From: Hypanus sabinus
Lineage: Eukaryota
NCBI RefSeq assembly: GCF_030144855.1
Contig: NC_082724.1
Coordinates: 48,360,001 to 48,424,000 of the forward strand
Length of the DNA: 64,000 bases
Reading direction: 5' to 3'
Part shown: positions 11,679-23,309 of the stretch, in pieces
Position numbering within the stretch: the stretch's first letter is position 1
Layout: each line of letters starts with the position of its first letter
Notes under the pieces: generated by a model
What the model was told of the DNA's origin: nothing
What the model saw: only the letters and a program-made list of their open reading frames with translations
The model's database searches: none
Position numbers and translations under genes: made by a program

Positions 11679-12318
11679 GAAGATGTTAAAATTCATTTAG
11701 TTATGAGCAGCAGATGAGCTGAAGTACTGAAGAAAAAGGGTGTTTATGCTTCAGTATCTTTGTAAACCCTCATTGACTTTATCTACAAGAAAATGACTTA
11801 AAAGATTTCCAGTGACTAAAGTAAATGGAAGATTCAAATCACACCCTAACAGCCATGTGAGCTTTTGTCTGAGTTATCTTTACAGCTTCCCACTTAACCA
11901 ATAACTTCTACACCACAAAGATAGGATGTCTGTAGCATGAAAAGCAAAGACTGCTCTTTTATAAAACTATTTGATCGTGAAAATGTCAAATGTCTGTCTC
12001 TAAAAAAAATGGTTCTGCACACAGTTGATTGATATTTTACATTGAGTGTAGGAGATAAAGCCAATACTCACCTTTCATCTGAGGTTAATTCTTTTATCAG
12101 TTCAGTATGGCTGTTCCTTTCACAACTGATGATCATTGTTATCGGTGTGGGTTTACTTGCTAATCCTATCACCATTGCTGCTCATAGCTGTCACCTAGAT
12201 TTATTGTCTCTTTTGGTGTAACTCCTGATGTTTATTTTAATGGCATCCTATTTTAAGGGATCATTCCCTGCCATTATTCCATTCTATTTAAAGCCTTCTA
12301 TTTTTAAAATTTTATGAA

Positions 12319-12836
12319 CACTCTGTGGCACCTTTATGAGGTACACCTGTATATCTGCTTGTTAATGCAAATATCAAATCAGCCAATTGTGTGGCAACAA
12401 CTCAATGCATTAAAACATTCAGGCCTAATCAAGAAGTTCAGTTCTTGCTCAAACCAAGAATCAGAATAGGGAGGAAATGTGATCTAAGTGACTTTAACTG
12501 TGGAATGATTGTTAGTGTCGAACAAGGTGGTCAGAAACTGCTGATCTTCTGGGATTTTCCTGCCAGCAGTCTCTAGGTTTTGCAGAAAATGGTGTGAAAA
12601 ACAAAAAAAAAGGACATCCCGTGGGTGACAGTTCAGTGTGCAAAAAATGCCTTGTTAATGAGCGAGGTTAGAGGAGAATGGCCAGACTGGTTCAAGCTGA
12701 CAGGGAGAGGATGATAATTCAAATAACTATGTGCTACACAGTGGTATGCTGAGTGGGATCTCACAATTGAAACTTGAAGTTGATGGGCTATAGTAGCTGA
12801 AGACCACGAAGTTCCTAATAACGTGGCCACTGAGTG
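12319..12836 (+). mobile_element. Non-autonomous Tc1/mariner element
   Basis: TIR CACTC(A/T)GTGGC(C)AC..TTA.; right end ...gtggccactgagtg-TA; remnant of transposase N-terminus (GRKCDLSDFNCGMIV). Confidence 0.82.
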
Positions 12837-13216
12837 TATTTTCCAGTTAAACAGTGGTGTGCTGTAAATTTTCAAGAGAAAATGTCTAAGAAGACTGATA
12901 CTGTCATTGTCAGGTTCCTGCTGCCTTTCAAGAATAAGAGCCTTGATCCAATCTGCACACAAGACCCATAAGGCCATAAATCATAGAAATAGAATTAGGC
13001 CATTCAGCACACAGTTTCCCCACCTACATCCGGGATACATCCCATGTCCTCCACCTCCTCAATAGCTTCCAGTTTCCTGGTCCCGACCGCTTCATTTCCA
13101 CTATGGTTGTCTAATCCTTTAACACTTCCATTCCCCATCAAGAAGGCCTCAAAGCCCTCCGCTACTTTCTTGACAATAGACCTCACCAGTTCCCAAACAC
13201 CACCACACACCTCTGG

Positions 13217-14414
13217 TTGGCAGAACTGATACTCACACTTAAGAACTTCTCTTTTGACTCTTCCCACTTTCTTCAGCCCAAAGGTGTAGCTATGGACACT
13301 TCTATGGGCCCCAGCCATGCCTGCCTCTTCATTGGTTATGTGGAACAGACTATGCTTCAAACCTATATTGGTACTGCTCCCCAACTTTTCCTTTGCTACA
13401 TTGATGACTACATTGTTGCTGCTTCCTGCACCCATGCTGAGCTCGTCAATTTCATCGACTTTACCTCTAACTTCCAACCAGCCCTCAGATTTCACTTGGT
13501 CCATCTCAGACACTTCTCTCCCTTTTCTTGATCTCTCAGTCTCTATCTCTGGAGACAGACTGTCCACTGACATCTTCTATAAACCCACTGACTTTCATAA
13601 CTACCTCGACTATACCTGTTCCCACCCTGCCAAATGCAAAAATGCTATTACCTATTCCCAGTTCCACCATCTCTGCCGTATCTGCTCCCAGGATGATGCT
13701 TTCTGTTCCAGGACATCTCAAATGTCCTCTTTCTTTAAGAATCATGGTTCTACTTCTGCCATCATCAATGATGCCCTCACCCACATCTCCTCCATTTCCC
13801 GCACTTCGGCCCTCACCCCATCCTCCCGTCACCACAACAGGGACCAAGTTCCCCTTGTCCTCACCTACCACCCCATCAGCCTCCGGATCCAGCACATTAT
13901 CCTCTGCAACTTCTGCCACCTTCAACAGGACCCCACCACTAAGGAAATCTTTCCCTCTCTACCACTCTCCGCTATCTGCAGGGAACGTTCCCTCCATGAC
14001 TCCCTGGTCCACATGTCCCTCTCCACGGATCTCCCACCTGGTACTTATCCCTGCAAGTGTAAGTGCTACACCTGTCCCTACACCTGCTCTCTTACCACCA
14101 TTCAGGGCCCCAAACATTCCTTCCGGGTGAGACAACACTTCACCTGTGAGTCTGTTGGAGTAATCTATTGCATCTGGTGCTCCTGGTGCGGCCTCCTCTA
14201 CATCAGTGAGACCCGACGCAGATTGGGGGACCGCTTCATCGAGCACCTTCTCTCCGTCCACTACAACAGACAGGATCTCCCAGTTGCCACCCACTTCAAC
14301 TCTGCTTCACATTCCCATTCGGATATGTCCATACATGGCCTCCTGTACTGCCATGACAAGGCCAAACTCAGGTTTGAGGATCAACACCTCATATACCATC
14401 TTGGTAATCTCTAG
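13217..14414 (+). pseudogene. Penelope RT-GIY-YIG polyprotein (frameshifted, truncated)
   Basis: QPKGVAMDTSMGPS, YIDD, LPFLDL, YKPTD, Cys-rich linker CKCKCYTC, VIYCIWCSWCGLLYISET...RFIEH; frameshift near 13490-13530. Confidence 0.9.
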
Positions 14415-14701
14415 CCCCTTGTCATGAACATTGAATTCTCCAACTTCTGGTATTCCCTCCCTCTCCCTTTCCCCATCCCAGTTTCACTCTGCTTCCTCCT
14501 CCAGCTGCCTATCACCTCTTTCATGATTCTGCCTTCTACTACCCATAGTGCTTTCCCCTTACATTCCTTCTTCACCTTTCCTGCCTATCCCCTCCATGCT
14601 TCCCCTCCCCCACCCATTGATCTTTCCCCTTACTGGTTTTTCACCTGGCACCTTCCACCCTACCCCCACCTTCTTTATAGGGTCCCTGCTCCCTCCCTCT
14701 T

Positions 14702-14739
14702 CAGTCCTGACAAAGGGTCTCGGCCCGAAACATCGACTG
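14702..14739 (+). ncRNA. Minimal type-I hammerhead ribozyme (mutated copy)
   Basis: CAGTC-CTGACAA-AGGGTCTCGGCCC-GAAA-CATC-GACTG: stem I CAGTC/GACTG, stem II GGG/CCC; two G>A changes at CpG sites relative to CTGACGA...GAAACGTC. Confidence 0.75.
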
Positions 14740-16212
14740 TTTCCATGGATGCTGCCTGACCTGCTGAGTTCCTCCAGTGTGTTGTACATGTTGCTTTGAC
14801 CACAGCATCTGCAGTGTACTTTGTGAGCACACAGATTCTGCTTCACCATTTCATCTTGGCTGATCCATTTCCCTCTCAAACCCATCCTGCTGCCTTCTCC
14901 CTGTAACCTTTCATGCCCTGACTAATCAAGAACCTGTTAATCTCTGCCTTAAGTACACCGGCTGACCTGGTTTCCACCATAGCCTGGGGCAATGAATTCC
15001 ACAGATTCACCACCAACTGACTAAAGAAATTCCTCCCTGACTCCATTCTAAATGGACGTCCCTCTAGTCTGAGGCTGAACCCATTGGTTGCAGACTCCCT
15101 CACCATAGGAAACATCCTCTCATATGCACTCTTTTGAGGCTTTTCAATATTCCATAGCTTTCAATGAGATTCCCCCTAATTCTTCTAAATTCCAGCCAGT
15201 ACAGACCTAGAACCATCAGTCGTTCCTCATTAGATATCTCTTTCATTCCCAGAATCAATCTCATGAATGTCCTTTGAACCTTCTCCAGCACCAACACATC
15301 TTTTCTTAGATAAAGGGCCTAATTTGCTCACAATACTCCATGATGCCTCATCAGTGTAATCCTTAGCATTACGTCTTTGCTTTTATGTGCTACTTTCAAA
15401 ATGGATCCTAACACTACATTTGCCTTTCTTCCCACTGACTCAACATGCAAATTAACTTTCAAGGAAACCTGCATGAGGTCTCCCAAGTCCCCTTACACCT
15501 CAGAGTTTTGAATTTTCTCCCCATTTGGAAAATAGTTTATGCTTTTACTTCTATGAAAGTGCATAACCAGGACCATACACTTCCCAAAACTGTCACTTTT
15601 ATGCCCATTGTCCTAATCTGTCTAAATCCTTCTACAGCCTTCCTGCTTCCTCAACACAACCTACCTTTGGCTCTTTTCTTGTTAAGGAGTCTCATGTGTG
15701 GCACCTTATGAAAGACCTTCTAAGAATCCAAATACATAACATCCACCTGTTCTTCTTTATCTATTCTGCTTGCTATTGCCTCAGATAATTCCAACAGATT
15801 TGTCTGGCAAGATTTTCCCTTAAGGAAAGCATGCTGACTTAGGTCTATTTTAGCATATGTCTCCAAGTATCCTGAAACCACATCCTTAACAATCAACTCC
15901 AACATCTTCCCAACCACTGAGGTTTGGCTAACTGGCCTATAATTTCTATAATTTCCTTTCTTCTGCCTTCCTCCCTTCTTGAAGAGTGAGTGACCATTGC
16001 AATTTTCCAGTCCTCTGGAATCATGCCAGAATCTATTGATTCTTGAAAGGTCATTACTATGCCTCCACAATCTCTTCAGCTTTCTCTTTCAGAACCCTGG
16101 GGTATAGAGCAGATCAACAGATATTTTACTAAATTATAGAACTAAAGCAATTGTGAAGTATATAACACATTTTACAAATTCAAAATGTTTTATATTTTCA
16201 TAGTGCTTTATA

Positions 16213-16528
16213 TTCAAAGGTTGGCTTTATTTGTCACGTGTGCATTGAAATATACAGTAAAATAAGTTGTTTGTGTCAACAACCAAAACAGTTTGGAATG
16301 TGCTAGGGGAAAGGAGCAAGTGTTGTCATGCCAAGACAGTAACAAGATAGCACATCCAAACTTACTAACTCTAAATTGTACATCTTTGGAATGTGGGAGG
16401 AAACCAGAGCACATGAAGGAATCCCAAGTGGTCATGGGGAAAAATACCCCATGACCTTACAGACAGCAGTGGGAAATGCACCCCGATTTTACAACTTTTG
16501 CTGTAAACATTACACTGATTGCTACCCA
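16213..16528 (-). mobile_element. V-SINE with non-CR1 (Rex-like) 3' tail
   Basis: V core revcomp ctttggaatgtgggaggaaaccagagcac; 3' end reads gtgacaaataaagccaacctttgaa on the minus strand. Confidence 0.72.
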
Positions 16529-17552
16529 TCACTGGATGGAATTCAAGAAGTAATCAAAATATTTACGCTAAGTGCCACTAGAACATACAGAAATAAAATG
16601 CAGCCGGTGTTTGAAATTTAAATAAAAACTAAAAGTGTTTAAAAAGTTCTGGCAGTTATAATGCTTTAAATATAAAGTGCAGCTTTTTTTCTGATCTTAT
16701 TGAACCAGAAAAAGGATTATTGGACATTCACTTCATTCTATGAATCCTAAACAATTTCAGATAAAAATTAATCTGCAGAAACTGACAAATTCAGCCAGTT
16801 AATTTTTTTAAGTTTGTTACTCCTTGTTCTAGATAGGAGGAACTGCTGAAAACTCATATCAGGTCAATTACTTCTGACAGGAAAATAATGGTTCACTTGG
16901 AAACTTCAACAAATTTAGAGGGAACATGTGTCAGAAAATAAGAGAGCCAATTTCATTCATATAGTGACCAATTTCTCAGGTGCTAAGTCTCTGGAAAATG
17001 TTTAAAGATATGATCAAACCAATGGAAATATATTTTTTCAGAATTAGGCTTCTGAAAGACCAATTGTATAATTAATGAATAGCTGCTTTATTCAAATCTG
17101 GACAATGAACGGTACCTAATAAAGCTTTTTTTCCCACAAAGGAGGTAATTTCTGCAGGAAGTGACAACGACAATCTATTTGCTTTGGAGTGTTTCTCCAT
17201 AACAACAATGACAATGTGACAGCTGTTGCTTCTTGAGCTGATACGCAATTACGTCCCAGTTTTCTCATCAAGTCCTCAGCAGCTTCAATTTAAGAACTTG
17301 AATTGTTACCTTGACAGATAAAAGATATTAATTTTTCACCCCCAGCAGGATTAGATTTCCTCTGTAACATTCTTCTCACCTTCCAGCCAAGGTCTGTTTA
17401 AGTAAGCCATGCTCTCAGCCGTCTGCTCATTATTAAGCAAGCAATGCAAACAGCAAACAGGATTTAGACCCTAATCATTGAAACTATCATTCTGAATGCT
17501 CATGGTATTTTTGTGTGGCAATTAGTTTTGCATGTGCTGCTGCTCCTGTGAG

Positions 17553-17620
17553 TCACCCATGCACAGTAGGTAGCACACCCGCCTCTGAGTCAGAAGATGG
17601 TGTCTTCAGTCCACTCCAAG
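17553..17620 (+). mobile_element. SacSINE1/Deu-SINE-like tRNA head fragment
   Basis: cagtaggtagcacacccgcctctgagtcagaag...agtccactcca resembles the shark SacSINE1 head as I recall it. Confidence 0.55.
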
Positions 17621-17673
17621 ATAGAGAGGAGGTCAGAATAAGAATCAGATGACATATGATGTGAAATTTGTTG

Positions 17674-18722
17674 TGTAAAGCCATGGTTCACATTTATTGT
17701 TATGCTGTATGTATGTCATTTTGTGCTGTTCTGTGAAAGCTGCTTAAATCAGGTTATGTTTGGGTTATTGTTGAAAAGAAGAGATGAGGAGAAACATGTA
17801 CCATCTAATTAGGATGGTCGAATTGAAGGGGAGTTTTCTCTGGTGAGGGACATTAGGGTTAGGCTTGTTTTTTTTTGTTGGAGAGGAAATAAAGAGGGAA
17901 GACGCCGGAGAGAAGAGGCTGTAGGATTTGATCCAGAACAGGACTGTGATTTGACGAAGCTTGGGGTGAGATTGATTGAGGAAACTGTGATTTGGGGAAA
18001 CTGTGAGCTCCAACTTGTGCATTATAAAGGCTGATTTACACTTGTGTGTATGGGCTATGCCGCAGCCTACGTTGTAACCCTGATTTTCACTTCTGCATCA
18101 CTCTACGCCATAGCAAGCATGCGTTAGTGTGTGCCAAAATGCTAGTTGGCGGTGGGGTTTCTATGCCACTGTATTGAGTTTCTTCATGAGAGACATGGAC
18201 GAGGAAATGCATTTCAAACATTTTCGCATGTCGGCAGGTAGATTTGACGATTTGGTTCATCTATTTTGCATCGGTGTACAGACATGGCGGAGAAGAAGCA
18301 AATGGAAACGCGATGCTACCAAGTGGACCAATCACAGTTGTTGCAGTCTGTGTCGCCGCGACATGTGAGTTAATTTTTGGGGGAAGTGCACGTCACACTA
18401 CGGCGTAGGGTAAGCAGTACCTATGGCATAGATGAGACGCACAAGTATAAATCAGCCTTTAGACTGTTTCATTAAAATGTGTCCTTTTCTTTTTTTTTGT
18501 TCTTTTCTTTACTAACCCTTTAGTCAAGCTAAGAACTATAAAGATAAATCTTTCAATCGTATCCAGTGTACTGTTTGTTATTTTGTGGCATTAATTTGTA
18601 ATTACACACCATCCACACAAACAGGGTGTTTGGGGTGGGATTGCACCTCAGTCTCACAAGTTTGGTGGGGCTGGAGATTGTCTTCCCTAGACTTATACAG
18701 CTGAGGAAACCAGAGTGTTTCA
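17674..18722 (+). mobile_element. Solo LTR (Gypsy-type) containing a Harbinger MITE
   Basis: TG...CA ends; 4-bp TSD GTTG (17670-73, 18723-26); homologous to the LTRs at 27118 and 47058. Confidence 0.82.
18028..18458 (+). mobile_element. PIF/Harbinger non-autonomous element
   Basis: TIRs AGGCTGATTTA(C/T)ACTTGTG(T/C)GT; flanks TAA/TTA; transposase remnant RDMDEEMHFKHFRMSAGRFDDLVH. Confidence 0.85.
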
Positions 18723-19264
18723 GTTGTATTGTGATAGCAGTGCAGTACAGTACAGAAATAAAACAAATCTGTTAATTACAAAGTGACATAAGTAGTGCTA
18801 TGGTAGAACTTGCTGCCTCTTCAGACATCTGAGGGAGATGGGGAAAAAGCTGTTACTGAATTGTTCAGTCGGAGTCTTCAGACTACTGCACCTCCTTCCT
18901 AATGGTAGCAACAAGATGAAGCCATGTCATGGCTGTTGAAGGTCTTTAATGATGAATTCCACCTTCTTGAGATACTGCTTCTTGAAGATGTCCTCAGTGG
19001 TGGAGAAGATTGTGTCCATGGAGTCTGCAGACTCTTGAGATCCTGTACATTTGAGGTTTCACGCCATGCAGTAATACAACCAATCAGAATACTCTTTGTT
19101 TGAGGTTTGGGGTCCTACTGAATCTCATTTAACCCCCATTGAATTAGAGTTGCTGGTGTGGCTTCTGCATTATAGCATTAGCTAGGCCTAGCATAGATCT
19201 AGGATGTTGATGCTTAGGAACATAAAGCTGCTCACCCTTTTCACTGCGGATCACTCAAACAGGA

Positions 19265-20856
19265 CAATAGACAAAGGAAAAACTGATAGGCAAGCTCAAC
19301 AGTCTTGAGGGGGATAAGTCACTACATCCCAGATTCTGAGAGAGGTTGCTCAAGAGATAATGTATGCATTGGTCATGATCTTTCAAGAATAACTTGATTC
19401 TGGCATGGTCCTGGAGGAATAGAAGATTGCAAATGTCACTCCACTCTTTAAGAAGGGAGGAAGGCAAAATAAATGAAATTATGGGCCAGTTAGCCTAACC
19501 TCTGTGGTTGGGAATGTGTTGGAGTCTGTTATTAAGGATGAGGTTTTGGGGTACTTGGAGACTGATGATAAAATATCAAAGTCAGCATGGTTTCTGTGAA
19601 GGGAAATCTTGCCTGACTAATCTGTTAGAGTTCTTTGAGGAAGTAACAAATGGGGTGGACAACGGAGAGGCAGTGGATGTCATTTACTTGGATTTTCAGA
19701 AGGTGTTTGATAAGGTGCCACACATGAGGTTGCTTAACAAGATAAAATCCTATGGTGTTACAGGAGAGATACTGGTATGGATAGCAGGATGGCTGACAGA
19801 CAGGAGGCAGCACATGGGGAAAAAAGGGGCCTTTTCTACTGGTGCTACTCAGGGGTCAGTATTGGGACTGCTGCTTTTCACATTGTTTGTCACTGATTTC
19901 GATAATGGAGTTGATGGCTTTGTGGCAAGTTTGTGGATGATACAAAGATTGGTGGAGGGGTAGGTAGTGCTGAGGAAGCAATGCAATTGCAGCAGGATTT
20001 AGATAAATTGGGCAGAAGGGGCAGATGGAATATATTGTTGGGAAATGTATGCTAATGTATTTTGGTAAAAGGAACAACAGAGTGGACTATTATCTAAATG
20101 GGGAGAAGGTTCAAACATCAGAGGGAAGAGGGAATCAGAGTGCAGAGGGAATTAGGAGTCCTTGTGCAAGACTCCCAGAAGGTTACTTTACAGGTTGAGT
20201 CTGTGGTAAAGAAGGCAAATGAAATGTTGGCTTTTATTTCAAGGGGAATAGAATATAATAGCAAGGAGATAATGCTACACCTTTATAAGACACTAGTCAG
20301 GCCACACTTGAAGTACAGTCAACAGTTTTAGGCCCCAAATTTCAGAAAGGATGTGTTGTCATTGGAAAGAGTCCATCAGAGGTTCTGGGAATGCTGGGGT
20401 TGACATATGAGTAGTGTTTGGCAGTTTTGGGCCTGAACTCACTGGAACTTAGAAGAGCATGGGGGGGGATCTCATTGAAACCTACCAAATGATGAAAGGG
20501 CTAGATAGGGTGGATATGGAGAGGATGTTTCTATGGTGGGGGTATCCAGAACTAGAGGGCATAGCCTCAAAGTTGAGGGGCAACCCTTTAGAACAGAAGT
20601 AAGGCAAAAATTTTTGAGCTGGAGAGTAGTAAATCTGTGAAATGCTCTGCCACCGACTGTGGTGGAAGCCAAGTCCGTGTGTATATTCAAAATGAAAGTT
20701 GATCGTTTCCTGATTGGTCAGGGCATCAAAGAACATGGCGAGAAGGCAGGTCTGTGGGGTTGAGCGGAATCTGGGATCAGCCATGATGGAATGGCAGAGG
20801 ATTTTATGGGCTGAATGGCCTAATTCTGCTCCTAGGTCTTATGGGCTTATGGTCCT
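19265..20856 (+). mobile_element. CR1 LINE, 5'-truncated, degenerate RT
   Basis: SQHGFCEGKSCLTNLLEFFEEV, VDVIYLDFQKVFDKVPH, LYKTLVRPHL; tail tcttatgg-gcttatgg. Confidence 0.92.
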
Positions 20857-21289
20857 ACAGACTGGTGTGTGTTTTCCCAGCTTCCTTTTCCTGAAGCCCA
20901 TTATCAGTTCCTTGATCTTGTTAATGCTGAGTGCAAGGTTAGTCCTGTGATTTTCCCAACAACAGTGGTGACATTGATGAATTTATACAGGGCACTTCAG
21001 CTGTGATTTGCCACACAGTTATGACTGTAGTCAGAGTAGCGCAGTGGGTGTAGCATGCATCCTTGAAGTACACCTATGTTGATTGCCATCAAGGAGGAGA
21101 TGTTATCTCTGATCCATACTGATCGTGGTCCCCTATTGAGAAAGCTGAGGATCCATTTGCTGAATGCTATCAGTATGAAATGTTCCTTTTCATACTTGCT
21201 GCCTGACCTGCTGAGTTCCTCCAGCATTTTATATGTGTTACCTGGGAGGTACAAGAGTTCAAGTTCTGAAGCTTGTTGTGTAGTAGTGA

Positions 21290-21740
21290 TGGGATAATGG
21301 TGTTTTAAGTACCCACCCATGTGTACTGTTGGAGTTTGTCACCTTGCAAGAGTTCACCCTCCTAAAGAACGTTTAGACTTCAGCCTCTGAGCCAGAAGTT
21401 ACAGGGTGCTAGATGTTGTGGGGATTCACAGGGGTGCAGTATTACTCACCTCTTGGAGGTGTGATAATAGGTGCTGAGCTCATCAATGAGTGATGCATCA
21501 CTGCCATCTATGCTGTTTGGTTTTGACTAATGACGTGCAAATCCCACCACAGCTGTTGTGCATGTGATTGGGCCTCGACCTTCACATGGAGTTGCCTTTT
21601 CACTCTTACAATAGTCTTCTGTAGGTCCGATTGTCGTACTGGCACCTTTTGTAGGATTCTGAATTGCCGGTCTTGAATGCCGCATTTCTAGTCTTCATCC
21701 CCTGGTTGATTCCCTGGTGCAGATTCTGTGTGAATGGTGA
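21290..21740 (-). mobile_element. Rex1/Babar internal fragment
   Basis: Minus-strand translation PNSIDGSDASLIDELSTYY resembles Rex ORF (DASLPDELNxFY). Confidence 0.6.
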
Positions 21741-23309
21741 ATCTTGATGCCCTAACTGTCAATCATTCAATCATATTACCTGGTCTTTTCATTACAGTTT
21801 TTGTGGGATCCTGCGATGCACCAGACTCTATCAATACTGATTGCAGCACTTCATTGGTTGCGGAACGCTGCAAGACATTATAAGACCTTAAGGCACGGGA
21901 GCTGAATTAGGCCACTTGGTCCATTGAGTCTTCACCATTCCATCATGGCTGATTTAATATCCCTCTCAACCCCACATTCATGTCTTTTCCCTGAGGTCAT
22001 GTAAAACAAAATACAATTCTTCAAAGGCTTTCTAACCTCTTCTCTGCTTAGTTCTTCATTGATCTTGCCTTTAACTGTTTTCCCTCTCCTCACTGTAATA
22101 TTTTACCCTTGAGTATTCTTGTTCTTTCTTTTCATTTTGCATGGCTTTCTACCACTTTCTGGTTTCCTTGAAACGTTCTGTTCTGTGGACTCTTTTTATC
22201 TGATGAGTTACATACTTGTTTTTAATTGCATTCTTTGTCTGTGCCATTGTTCCATTTTCTTGTGTCAAAGAGAAAAATCAAGTTTATTTTTAAGTATTAA
22301 CCACACTAGCTTCCAGCACACTCTGTTCTCACCCATGCTTTTATCTTCTCATTGCATTTTCTTTCCTGTCACTTTATATTTCTAGTTTCCTGCTTGTTTT
22401 TCTCTTCTCTGTCCAATACAGACACAAATTCAAATGTTCAATGGGTACATGATAATAACTATCAGTAATAAGAAGCTGTTTCATTGATACCTTGGTGTAA
22501 GGTGTTGACCAATCTGACTTTATAGCTACTTGACATTTTTAACTACCTTAACTCCTTGAAAGGCCTCCTACGAATCTCTGTGTGACACTATCATCTGCTT
22601 GCTAGATTTAGCAAATCACTTTCACAGACTAGTGTTGCCAGAGATGTTTTATTAATAGGACAATTGCTTCTATTGATAGTCTTTCCAGCACAGCATATTG
22701 AACCGCATAATTTAATAGCAATGTTACCATCTGGCACATTACTGATATAACACTTTTGAGTTTCACTTGCTCAAATGCCTTTATGAGGTGCATTCAGGTC
22801 AGTATTCATACATAACGGTAATTAATTGAAACTAAAATAACTTTAGGTACTTTCTGCAAGATTTTGTATCAATTATGATAAAATTTAAATCTAATTTTAT
22901 CTTAAATGACTACTATGCAAGTGCCTGCCCAATTTCTGATTAATAGTCATTGATGTCCAACACAAAACACAAGAAATTCAGTTCTAGTGTACGCATTACC
23001 GGATGTACTTTCATTGGATGAAGGATTCTAAATTATTGCACTTCCGACGGAAGTGGATTTCATCCTGAGAGCAGGCAATGGAAAGGAAGACCAGCTCTAT
23101 GCTAGTTCCAATATATTAAAAAAAACTATAGACTGCATGCATAATATCAAATCAGAAAATACTGGAGTAACTTGGCTGGCCAGCCAGCATTTGAGGAGAG
23201 AACATTGCAGAGAGAAGATTTTAAGTTGAAGACCTTTCATCAAACATTACGATCTAAAATGTCTGTTTTTCTCTCCATAAGTGCTGACTGATTTACTGTG
23301 CATTTCCAT

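Larger units (their letters stand above)
13015..14825 (+). mobile_element. 5'-truncated Penelope-like retroelement (Neptune-like)
   Basis: RT plus GIY-YIG coding remnant, pyrimidine-rich 3' region and hammerhead-bearing terminal repeat; 9-bp direct repeat AGCACACAG at 13006-14 and 14826-34. Confidence 0.92.
12966..16105 (-). mobile_element. CR1 LINE (degenerate), interrupted by Penelope at 13015-14825
   Basis: Minus-strand peptides FKKGGRQKKGNYR..PVS, KGKSCQTNLL, EKVQRTF, VVNLWNSLPQ; 3' tail at ~12966. Confidence 0.88.
17633..21170 (-). mobile_element. Rex1/Babar LINE, fragmented by an LTR and a CR1 insertion
   Basis: (agaatc)n tail at 17633; pieces at 18727-19260 and 20860-21170 (WILSFLNRGPRSVWIRDNISS..GVLQGCMLHPL). 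Confidence 0.72.

Noticed and set aside
13004-14294. Overlapping long ORFs (189, 200, 129, 111 aa) around the Penelope ORF
   Set aside because: Alternative-frame or antisense shadows of the C-rich Penelope coding strand.
21420-21620. Strong minus-strand donor AG|GTGAGTA with upstream open frame
   Set aside because: The translation is a Rex/Babar ORF remnant, not a host exon.
23010-23072. Possible C/D snoRNA (TGGATGA...CTGA), miR-92-like start (TATTGCACTT) or SECIS
   Set aside because: The C box is non-canonical, the span is short and I recognise no rRNA guide; no pre-miRNA hairpin partner arm; SECIS helix spacing does not fit.
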